Positions 13,782 to 27,290 of a DNA stretch of 48,766 nucleotides are shown in pieces. The stretch comes from Rozella allomycis CSF55. Its lineage: Eukaryota. The notes under the pieces are model-generated. The model saw only the letters and a list, made by a program, of their open reading frames with translations, was not told the DNA's origin and made no database searches. Every line of letters starts with the position of its first letter. Position 1 is the stretch's first letter. Made by a program: the position numbers and the translations under genes. The DNA lies in assembly GCA_000442015.1 (NCBI GenBank), contig KE560785.1, positions 1 through 48,766 of the forward strand. Reading direction: 5' to 3'.

Positions 13782-15766
13782 ATGGATTTCTTATTGGCTC
13801 TTGAAGAAAGAGATCGAATTCAATCAGAACCGTTTGAATTGATTATTGAGTCATGTAATGCCCGTATAAAATTATCGTCTAGTTCAAAAACAATTCGCCA
13901 GGGGAAATGAATTGGAAAATAGAATCAATCTTTTGGAATGTATTTTGGAAGAGAGAGATGATGAAATTAGTAAATTGAAGCAAGATCTTAGTTCCGCATT
14001 CAAAAATGGGTAACAATCAGATTAATTGTAAAGTTTAGGGGAATTCAGTTGAGAAAAGAATTAAATGAGCTACAAGAAAAATATTCGATTTTGAATGAAG
14101 AAAGGCTGGAATTGTTCCAGCAACAACACCAAAGTACCCAACGTCTTTTATCCATGAATGATGAAATAAAGACTAAAGATTTGTTTGTCAAAGAGAAGGT
14201 TCAAGAGTAATCAAGTTAATGATTTTTTAAAAGAAATGATAGGCTTAAAAAGCAAATCGATGATTTAAACTATGATCATCGAATCTTAATACAAAGAAAT
14301 ACAGACAATGAGAAAACCATATTGCAATTGCGTGATGAACTAGTAATCATTAAAAATTACATTTAATTGACTACACTACAACTGGAGTTAATTAAGAGTG
14401 ATGAACGAATTCGATCCCTGTCGCAAGAGAATCAGTTACTTATTGATCGATGGCTAAATAAAATGAATGAAGAAGTGCAAACGATAAATCTTGCAAATGA
14501 AATTGCTGAAGAGTGAGTTTGCAATGGTTGTATAATTGTTAGGGTTAAAAGGAGGGCTCTAAAAATTGAAAACTCGGACAAGGATTTTGTACAGCTTAAA
14601 CGGGAAGATACTATTGATATGTAATAATCATAACGTTTTTATAAGAGTCCTATAAATTGTTCTGTGCCTACTACTCAATCACATGAATTCAGCCCTTTCG
14701 ACCATGAAATATCTTGCATTGCTCTTTCTAACGATAGTCAATACTTAGCGGCAGCGTCCTTCGAAAAGCAGTTAATTGTTTATAATCTCAATACAAGTAT
14801 TAACTTAGGAATTAAACTACTAGATGAACAATATATTAAGTTCAAAGGAGCGATCCAATCAATAACCGATGTGGAATTTTCACCCTTCGATGATTGTATT
14901 TTGGCTGCTTCAGAAGATCAAATGGCGAGAATATGGTCTTTAAAAGATGGTAGGTTAAAGGTATAAATATCTAAATGCCAAAATTAGTTGACGTTAACTG
15001 GACACTCGTCACGGGTTGGCGCTGCAAGGTTTATTGAAGGCGGAAATCGGATTGTAAGTTAGAATATAGCTTCAGCAAAGATAACTGGTAGTAATGATTG
15101 CACGATAAAACTCTGGGATTTGAAAAGAGGATATTGCTCCAGAACTTTTTATACACAATCATCATGCAACGACTTATGCCCCATATTCGGTTACGGGTAT
15201 CTAATATTCAACTTGATGATAGATTATCTTTTGCATCAGGTCATACTGACAATAATCTGAAATTTTGGGACTCAAGATCTTCGGAATGTGTAAAATCCAT
15301 GGACGATGTTCATTCTATGCCAATCGCTGGCGCTTTTGCATCCATCGGTATAAAAAATGACAATTATTAATAGACGGCAAGTATTTGCTAACAACCTCTA
15401 AAGATAACACGATCAAGCTTGTTGACCCACGAAAGTTTCAAGTCATTCACTCATTTTCACACGAAAGATATAATGTTAGCTTTAATCACGTGAAACCCGC
15501 TCTAAGGCAACTGTTTCATTTATGATTTACATGTAGCCCCGACAACTTGATTGCAGTTGCTGGTTCAAACAATGGAGCGATATTCTTTTGGGATGTATTA
15601 ACGGCGAAATCAATTGACTCTTTATCTTCACATACGTAAAGATATTTATTAAATGGAATTGAAAAGAAGTAGTTGCATTGGGGTACTATGGCCTAAGGAT
15701 TCCCAGTCAAGGCTGATTTCAGCAGAAAGACACCAAATCATAAAAATCTGGTCATCGACACATTAG
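13782..15766 (+). CDS. ATG16: ATG16L1-type autophagy protein (coiled coil plus WD40)
   Basis: Coiled coil LRDELTTLQLEL..ENQLLIDRWLNKMNEE; WD40 repeats (LTGHSSRV, GSNDCTIKLWDL, SGHTDNNLKFWD, SPDNLIAVAGS); 13 introns of 26-31 nt including one GC-AG and one probable GT-TG. Confidence 0.88.
14343..14369 (+). other. Probable GT-TG intron (27 nt) in ATG16
   Basis: cta|gtaatcattaaaaattacatttaattg|act aca cta caa ctg gag; contains an in-frame TAA; the first AG would give a 45-nt intron deleting TTLQLE. Confidence 0.6.
15507..15536 (+). other. GC-AG intron (30 nt) in ATG16
   Basis: ag|gcaactgtttcatttatgatttacatgtag|c ccc gac restores the WD40 SPD motif. Confidence 0.65.
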
Positions 15767-15834
15767 TCTTGCATGAAAATAAAGCTGGGATTCAATGGTT
15801 GCATCTCATTTCTGATTTTTCGTATTTATTCTAA

Positions 15835-16556
15835 ATGAACTTTCTAGGCTTGAACAAGAACAAAACATTTAAACCCAAGAAGAACATCCCGGAAGGCACC
15901 AAGCAATATCAATTGAAAAAATACGCTGAAGCTACACTAGGATCAGGCAATTTAAGACTTGCTGTTACACTGCCTGAAGGAGAGGATTTGAATGAATGGC
16001 TTGCTGTAAACACCGTAGACTTTTTTAATCAAATTAACATGCTTTACGGAACTATTACGGAGTTTTGCACTCCTTCAGAATGTCCTGTAATGAGCGCTGG
16101 CCCAAAGTAACGTTAATGCCAAATTTTTATTGAGATATGAATATCATTGGTGCGATGGTGTTACCTATAAGAAGCCAGTAAAGCTGAGCGCACCTGAATA
16201 TATTGATTGCTTGATGACATGGACCCAACAACAATTAGACAATGAAGCTATTTTTCCCTCAAAAATAGGTACAACATAACCATAGTTTTTATTAGGTAAC
16301 CAAATGCTGGAATTATCATACAGGTGTCCCATTTCCTAAGAATTTTGAGTCAGCGATAAAGAACATATTCAAAAGATTATTCAGAGTGTACGCCCATATT
16401 TATCATTCTCATTTTCCTAAAATAGTTAGTTTAGGAGAAGAAGCACACTTGAACACGAGTTTCAAGCACTTTATCTTTTTTGTTCAAGAATTTGATTTGA
16501 TTGACAAGAAAGAATTAGCACCGCTAACAGAGCTCATTAATACATTGGCCAATTAA
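15835..16556 (+). CDS. MOB1: MOB kinase activator 1
   Basis: [88 protein letters not shown]; introns of 28 nt and 55 nt (27+28). Confidence 0.97.
16269..16323 (+). other. Tandem twin intron (27 nt + 28 nt) with zero-length exon, candidate recursive splice site
   Basis: gtacaacataaccatagtttttattAG|GTaaccaaatgctggaattatcatacag; removing all 55 nt gives the conserved SKIGVPF. Confidence 0.65.
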
Positions 16557-16602
16557 AAATCTAACAAAACAATAAAATCTGTTGATATATTTCTAAATCG
16601 TG

Positions 16603-16734
16603 CAATGTTGCAGAGCTACTATCAAACTCAAGTCGATGGACGCGACTAGTGTTAGCGATTCTCTTCATCTGTCTTTGCTGATGAGTGACTCTGGTAAGGG
16701 TTAATCCTAACCAAAGCTAAAGAAAGTACCAGCA
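16603..16734 (-). ncRNA. Box H/ACA snoRNA, snR82-like guide for LSU rRNA pseudouridylation
   Basis: Minus strand reads hairpin 1 (tgctggt..atcagca; gctttggt..accagagt), H box AGATGA, hairpin 2 (agag..ctct; agtcg..cgact), then ACA+3 nt; about 131 nt. Hairpin-2 pocket strands tcgcta and gatagtag pair with the LSU sequence CUACUAUCUAGCGA (yeast 25S Psi2349/Psi2351 region, recalled). Confidence 0.8.
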
Positions 16735-16929
16735 TGAGAAAAATGTGCCAATCTAAAAAGGACCCTGCCAAAATATATTTTTGCTTCTTGTGGGAAAACA
16801 AATCAAAGATAGTCCCGTCTTAAGAAAATCTTAAAGAAATCAGTAATCGTAATAATTATTAAAAATAGTATCAATTACAGTCGCACTTGGATATGCTCTT
16901 TGGTGGGTGGCTAAGTTTGAAAAAATTCA

Positions 16930-17991
16930 ATGGAGTTAGACGCCGGGAACATCCCAAAAGAATTTGAAAATGATTGTGATTCAATCCCATCTACCTCAAG
17001 CGAAAGTGAAGGTGAACAAGTGATATTGACACATGCTATGATAGATGAGATGGAGGAAGACACTTTGGCAGACTTGCATGTTCCAATGACGAAAAATGAG
17101 TTATCGGTAATGCTTATTAAAATCTATAAAAGGCTTTAAATCCCCTAGAGCCTTTTGAAAATCCGTATTTGGACAAGGAAAATGAGATTTGTTTGCTTGG
17201 CACAATCTTTAGCGCTTTGGATGATAATATTGTTATACAAACAACAGTTGAATGCGAGCCTTTGAATCTTGATTCATTAATAGTATTGGAGGATCGACAG
17301 ATACTAGGAAATGTGTTTGATACCTTTGGCCCCATCGTTTGCCCATTTTACACTGTCCGAATTCCATTAGCTACATTTCCTAACGCTTCTAGCCTAATCG
17401 GTAAGAATGTGTACTACGTAAAGAACCAAACCGAATTTATTAATACACGAGAAATCATGAAGTTCAAAGGAACGGACGCCTCCAATCAATATGACGAAGA
17501 AATAGACGCTGATGTAATGCCATTTTTAAACTTTAATGCAGGAGATAGAATTTTCAGATGACGAGAAAGAAATGGAATACAAAAAGTCTCTGAAATTGAA
17601 AAGACGCGGTCAAAAAAGAAATCATGAAAATACTTCAATCCCAGATGATTTGGCGTTTATAGCACAGTGTGTTGGAAGCTTTAACAATTCAAGTGAAATT
17701 CAGAAAAACTTTAACCAGTCAAATGAAATTCAGAATTCCGTAAACACGGTCGAAGATGAAGTAATGATTGAAGACGGCGAAATAGCTCTAATGGAACATC
17801 AAAATAGATCAAATGAAGAAGCAACAGTAGACAATAGTTTGGCCCCAAATGAAAAATCACCCATAAATGCTCATTTTACTTCTTCTACAAATGAAACTTC
17901 CAATTTTATAGAGAGCATTATCGCTGAATCAAAGGTACCAACGAAAATCGCCGATCCATGCGAATCAAACCTTCCCAAAAAGCAATTATAA
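16930..17991 (+). CDS. NAF1: H/ACA RNP assembly factor (Gar1-like domain)
   Basis: MTKNEL, LGNVFDTFGPIVCPFYTVR, KGTDASNQYDEE..EIEFSDDEKE; introns of 26 and 28 nt. Confidence 0.9.
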
Positions 17992-18087
17992 ATTCATTTT
18001 TATCATTTTTATATCTTATCATTAGTATTCTGGTGAAATGGAGAGTCCACATAAAACCTAATAATAGATCATTAAAATTGTGATAAA

Positions 18088-21452
<3,365 letters not shown>

Positions 21453-21468
21453 TCATCGATTTTAAAAA

Positions 21469-22706
21469 CTATTTATTAATACTGTTAAAGAAAATCTCTA
21501 TAATTCTATCGGCTGCTTGGGATGCTGTCAATTCATCATTTTCCAACAGTTTATCGAGAATAGGCTTGATACTTTTGACTTCACTATTTTCCTGTAACCT
21601 TTTGAAACCAGAATTTATATTTACATCCCAATCAATTGATTCTTGGCCATCCAGCAAGTCCATTTTTTCTTTTGCCTCACTCTTTTTTCTAATAGTTCCC
21701 CCGATTTCGTTTAAAATGAATTAAAACGATTACCACAGTTAAGAAATAATACTCATTTATTCCCTCCCATACTTCATTGATACCTTTTCCAGTTATAGAC
21801 GAAGCCATGTAAACCTATTACAAAAAAACACATTCTATTTACCTTTGGCGACCATACCTTTGAATTCCGTTTCATATATTTTAAGGCACTCAAATATTCG
21901 ATCTGTGCTCTTCTAGCAGTATTAATTAGTTCACCATCCGCCTTATTTACAACAACCAGATCACTTAATTCCATGATACCTTTCTTCATTCCCTAATAAT
22001 AACCTTCAAAATATTTGTACTTGCAATTCGTCGCCTCCTGCGGGAGGCACTAACAAGGCAAAAATATCGACCATATCAGCTACAAGAGTTTCAGACTGAC
22101 CAACACCGACTGTTTCTACTAGGATGATATCGTATCCCGCTGCTTCACACATGACTATTGATTCATGTGTATTTCTCGCCACCCCGCCTAATGTTCCTCT
22201 GCTTGGTGTAGGCCGTACATATGCTCTGTCTTGTCTTGAAAGATTGTACATTCTTGTCTTATCACCCAATATTGAGCCACCAGATTTTGATGAACTTGGA
22301 TCAACTGCCATAACAACTAAAAGATTAACACTATTACCAGAACAGCAACCTTATATCCTTCATTCACAAGAGACATTGCAAAACTCTCGATGAATGTGGA
22401 TTTGCCGACTCCAGGGGCTCCAGATAGTCCAATTCTAAGTGTTTTGGGTTGTTTATATGTTTCGACATCTAAGGCGAATCTCTTGCTTTTTAAAAACAAA
22501 GGCGGTCTCGTTTTTAAATTTTTGAGACATTCGGTTAATAAGAACTGAGAATATTTTCTGTGTTCCGCATTATTTGATTCCACTATAGTCAGTAATGTAC
22601 ACGATCAATTACCTAATGTAATAGATTTCGCCAATGCATTTCTGCTTCCATTAATTAAGTCATGGAGCAATTTTATAATATTTGCAGGCATGGTACCTTT
22701 GGTCAT
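21469..22706 (-). CDS. MMAA: MeaB/MMAA cobalamin-chaperone GTPase for methylmalonyl-CoA mutase
   Basis: [95 protein letters not shown]; six introns of 26-30 nt, two with non-AG acceptors. Confidence 0.93.
21708..21733 (-). other. Non-canonical GT-CG intron (26 nt) in MMAA
   Basis: gtg|gtaatcgttttaattcattttaaacg|aaa tcg ggg gaa cta gives [13 protein letters not shown]; no nearby in-frame AG. Confidence 0.6.
22309..22337 (-). other. Non-canonical GT-TG intron (29 nt) in MMAA
   Basis: ctg|gtaatagtgttaatcttttagttgttatg|gca gtt gat cca gives KVAVL-AVDPSS; the AGs at 21 and 33 nt are out of frame. Confidence 0.7.
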
Positions 22707-22762
22707 GTTATTGAATTTATTCATTTTCCTAAATAAAAAAATTCAAAACAAAAAGGCTGGTA

Positions 22763-23647
22763 ATGAGATCTCAATTAAGGCATCAGCCAACTAGACTTTC
22801 TGTTTATCCAAAAACCACAGTTATTGCATTTAATGGAGACGTAAATCAAGACATCGAACCAAAATCAAATGTCATTATCAGATCAATTAAGAAGACTTTT
22901 AAAAGTTGCTTGCCACGAAAAGATTTGAAAACAAAGAAAGTTGAATATGGTGTGATATCTGTCCACATTCAGCATCTATCGCAATTCTTTAATTCTTTTG
23001 ATCCCTCGCCTTTTCATGAAAGAGACATGGACTCTAACGCAGAAGAATTCATTTTAACATACGCAGATGAAATCGCATTAGATAAAAAGATAGAAAAATA
23101 TAAAGTTGAAATTGTTCTTGGAGAACTTCCGGATAGAAATGAATATGATTTTATTGTCTTGGGCGCCGAACTAGCACGAAAAAGCAAGAGACCAGTTAGT
23201 CCTTATGCCAGATACGAAATAACCAGCCCAGGAGCAGGAGAAATCGACAAAATGAAGGCAATACTCTCTGACGATCTTCAATTAGCCATTAACAATCATT
23301 TTGATTTCCAATCTCAGAAAGCCGATAACGAATTGAAAAAACTGTTCCGCACTGGAAGAACATCTTTGATAGCAGGTGTAATTATTTTGGTTGTTTGCTT
23401 GCTTGGTTCTGAATTCCTAACTTCGACATATTCTGAGGCCGACGGAAACATTACATTGTCATCAGCGAAAACATGGGCACAGATGGGACAAAATGCATTA
23501 CAGATTCTGGCATGGGTAAGTCTCTGGAGGCCGTTGGAGATCTTTCTGTTTAACTGGTTTCCTCTTTTGCAACATCGTAAACTTCTGAGAAAACTGAGTC
23601 AGTGTGATGCTGTAGTTAAACTAGCTAGTGAAACTAAAAGAGATTAA
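22763..23647 (+). CDS. Two-TM membrane protein resembling an uncharacterised prokaryotic family
   Basis: Intronless 294-aa ORF; motifs SQFFNSFDPSPFHERDMD..AEEFI and ILAWVSLWRPLEIFLFNWFP, which I recall from bacterial/archaeal hypothetical proteins; two hydrophobic helices. Confidence 0.7.
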   Translation: MRSQLRHQPTRLSVYPKTTVIAFNGDVNQDIEPKSNVIIRSIKKTFKSCLPRKDLKTKKVEYGVISVHIQHLSQFFNSFDPSPFHERDMDSNAEEFILTYADEIALDKKIEKYKVEIVLGELPDRNEYDFIVLGAELARKSKRPVSPYARYEITSPGAGEIDKMKAILSDDLQLAINNHFDFQSQKADNELKKLFRTGRTSLIAGVIILVVCLLGSEFLTSTYSEADGNITLSSAKTWAQMGQNALQILAWVSLWRPLEIFLFNWFPLLQHRKLLRKLSQCDAVVKLASETKRD

Positions 23648-23713
23648 ATTTCACATCCTGCACACTTTAATGCACTAAATAAAACTACTATTAACAAACT
23701 TTGAAATTTCAGA

Positions 23714-25316
23714 ATGACCAAGGACTTTAAAGAAAAACCACTTGAATATTTTTCTAGCATAATTGACAAGATAGATAAAAATTGCTATGAAAAGATAAAG
23801 AATAGCGTATCTAGCTTGTTGGGCGAAAACAAGTCGATTTTAGACCAAGTAGATTTTTAAAGGAAACGAAAATAGATTCCATTTCTAGAAAAGTCAACAA
23901 ATTCCAAGGAACTCTTTCGATTTAGAGCTCTAGTAGTCCATGACTCTTATGATAATGAAGTTTTCCCACTGCCAGAGATGGTGGAGTCTTTGTTTGCTAA
24001 TGCTGCTGTACAGTCGGACAAGGCTGAGTGGATGGAGAGAAAAGTTGTTCAATGTATTTCTATTCCCAACGTGTCTGCTTGGAACCATGTTCAACAATAT
24101 GATGGAAGTGTTCTAGTCAAGTTATATACCGACGAGGCTGTGGCCGTGTGTAATGCTTATGAGTTTTTGGGATTTCCATGCGAAGATGAACAGGGATTTA
24201 CTTTTCACGTGATAACCCTGCAGAAGCTTGAAAACGACTGTAACCATTTAATTGAAGCAAGTGGATCATTGAATCCAGAAATGGGTACTTTATATTTACA
24301 TTCAATATAGATAATTATTTGTGTAACAATCTCAAGACTGTTAGAAATACTCTGCTTTCAACTATTTCATCATATTTGAGAGGAGATGCTCTACTCTCAG
24401 AGTTGATTCTTTATCACTTGTTTTCCAAATTGTATGAAATTCAAAAAAAATTAATAAAGAAAGTTGAAAAAGGAAGGTTATATTGATTCTCTTAAATTGG
24501 GTCAATTGAATTTCAATTTGATAGTTGGAAACGAAGTCGACTTTGCTGAAAGAACCTTGTTTCCTTTATTGCAATTGCTGTTGCCAAAAGTTAAATATCT
24601 TTCATTGGATTTAAATGTTTTAAATAATAAAGCATTTGAATCTGTTATGGATTACGACAACGGAATTCTTAAAATTGGTGAATTATTACTTACCAAAGGA
24701 ACACATCTTATTGTCGATGAAACAAAACTCAATCAAGGTGAATTAAATGAGCAAGGTAACAATTTACTTAGTTTTGGATGAATAGGCATTAGAAACCTTG
24801 CACTGTTGAAGGATTTAATTCAACATCAAACTGTGATGTTCAATTTTACATTTCCAATTACGATTTCAACAGACATTCCAATTATTGTTGTGTCTGAAGC
24901 GAAATCAATGTTTTCTGTAATGATTATTCAAGTTTTTAGTAGATGGAACAATCGATTCAATGGAAACCAACTTTGGAGTGTATTGAAAAGGTTGAAGTAC
25001 CCCAGGATATGATAAATACTATAAGAGTATTTATTTCATTCTGGAAACATAAAAATATTGAATGGGATCATGATGTTAAAAAGGTAATTACGCCTATTAA
25101 TTGACAATAGAAAATGGAAGACTTTTTTGTAGAGAAAAGGCGTGAAACATCTAAATACAGCGCACAAGATTTTAGTAAACAATTAGAACTGTTTAGGTAA
25201 CACATGATTTGATTTTTAATAGATTAATGTCAATGTCGTATGGTCAAAGTGAATTTGTTGATGAAATATGGCAAGAATGTGATTTATTTTATAGAAAATG
25301 GCAACAATTAAAATAA
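23714..25316 (+). CDS. MCMBP: MCM complex-binding protein
   Basis: FRFRALV, SIPNVSAW, VLVKLY..YEFLG, LRGDALLSELILYHL, DYDNGILKIGELLLTKGTHLIVDETKLNQGELNEQGIRN; seven introns of 26-30 nt. Confidence 0.85.
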
Positions 25317-25325
25317 TAAATGCAT

Positions 25326-27126
25326 TTAAAGATTGTATAATTCGGCCTTTATAAGATATTCGAGGACAATGCTTGCGTTGTACGATTCTTTCAAGTCAAA
25401 AGAAGAAGATCTAAAAATCTTTAAGCAAAGACATTACTTTTCTTCGATTGTTATTTGAAAATCTTTATTGTTAAAACATTGAGGGGTTGTTATATTCGCT
25501 CCATGGTTTGACACAAAATTGGCGTAAACTTCAAGGACTCTATTGTCATTAATATCTAAATTATATTTAAGTCTACAAATTACGCTCATAAAATATTCTG
25601 AAGCCTTGATTTAGAATATTTTCAGGGGGTTGCCATTGATTTTGAAAATAAAAAGTAAATGATTTGCAAAAATGATTCAAAATAATTCCCTCGTCTTTTA
25701 TAGTTGACAAAATTGAAAAATAATTCTCCATGGATTTTGTATCATTAATGAAATAATCACAATATTCAGCGATATAAAGTTCTAATCCAGAAGTCCTTTT
25801 AAGAATGTCAATCATATCTTTAGATTTAAGAATTTTAAATGTCGATGAATAAAAATGATTCAACCATTTTTTACTTGCTGTCATATTCAATTCATTTTTG
25901 ATTATCGCCAAAATTTCCAGTGTAATTTGATCCATTTCAGGATTCAAATATTCAATTATCAAACTTTGCATCAAATTAAAAGTTATTTTTCTTTTGCGAA
26001 AATCAGTTATTTCTTCATTATGTAGCAATTTCAATGCTAAATCTCTTGGCTTGAATTCATCAACCAACAACTTTAAAAACTACTTTAAAAGTAACAGGAC
26101 TATTACTTTTAATGTTATTTTGCTGTTTAAATTCTCAAATATAACTCTGCACCGCGTAATGTCAGTGAATTTGTTCTCCATAAACTGGGGTGACAATTTT
26201 GTTATGTCATACAAGAATTCAACAACTTCTTCACAAAAATCAACGGATTTCAAAATTCTATTTTCATATCGAAATATAAATGCAACAAATTCTTGGCATA
26301 TCTCTTCAGTTATTTTCTGTACGTCAATAAATGTACGTAGCATCAATGCTATGAATTCCCATAGTTTTATCAACAAAATTCCTTGAAACTTTGAAATATT
26401 CTTAATTGTATAACACAAGCAATCTGAAACTTCAATTTGATTCTGATCAATCAGTTTTCTAAGTAATCGTCGTCTAGATTGGTTATTGAACATTTCTCTT
26501 AAAGAAAAATAATCAACTTTTACTTTGAGACTTTTCATAAATACAATAAATTGAAAATAGAGCTTTGTAAATATCAAACACAAGTTCCTTTTGAAATCCA
26601 GGCCTGGTACAGACTTTACTAAGCTCCAGAATTAGATCAATAAGTGAGCCATAATACGCACTTGCATTTTGTAAGTTCTGTAACACTAAACTTGATAAAT
26701 CTTTCGTTATTTGACTAGCAATGTCATTGCATCTTTCAATCTTTAACACTTTCAAGACCTGATTTTTCAAAAACAATCTTTGTACATTCTTTGTAATTTG
26801 ATAATAATCATATAATATTTCATTCCTAATCAACCCCTTAATTCCAAAGTTCCAAAAATTTAACAATACGACTGCTTGATTTTCATGTTCCATTATTAAT
26901 CTAAAGAAAAACTTTTCAAGTTTATTTGGCGGTAGTTTTCTTTTTTCTCTCAGAGTAAAACAACTTACGAATAGATAACCTTCATGCTCTCGAACCGGAT
27001 AGTGCTTTGCTGCAAAAGAAATTTTTTCAAGTTTTCTAATAATGTTTCCAACTTATTAATATTTTCATCTTCCAATGATAAAATGTCATTTATCAACGAC
27101 CAAAAGTCCTGAATTTCATTCTCCAT
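25326..27126 (-). CDS. Hypothetical alpha-helical protein of about 550 aa
   Basis: Six exons joined by five GT-AG introns of 27-29 nt into one frame from MENEIQDFWSL to KAELYNL*; no family recognised. Confidence 0.65.
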
Positions 27127-27290
27127 TAACTTTGTAAATTTCACAAGAATTGACAGAAACTTGTTTCTATAAATCGAGAATAAGTGTTAATTTGATATAT
27201 AATTGCTCTTCAAAGTAGATTTAGAAGAAAAAAGGTCTGTTATTATTTAAACAGTTTATTTAAGCACCTCTTTTTTCAAACAAGCTGTAA

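Noticed and set aside
15637-15662. TG acceptor at 26 nt in the last ATG16 intron
   Set aside because: It shifts the frame, whereas the AG at 31 nt gives the WD40-like C-terminus. This indicates AG wins when one lies within the window.
16678-16730. Hammerhead ribozyme (CTGATGAG..GAAA), C/D box, or telomerase template (cctaacc) on the plus strand
   Set aside because: Stem II closure and stems I and III do not form, and there is no D box. The minus-strand H/ACA model with an rRNA match explains the region better.
21469-21663. 64-aa ORF as the first exon of the helicase or a separate gene
   Set aside because: Its 3' part is the last exon of MMAA ([18 protein letters not shown]).
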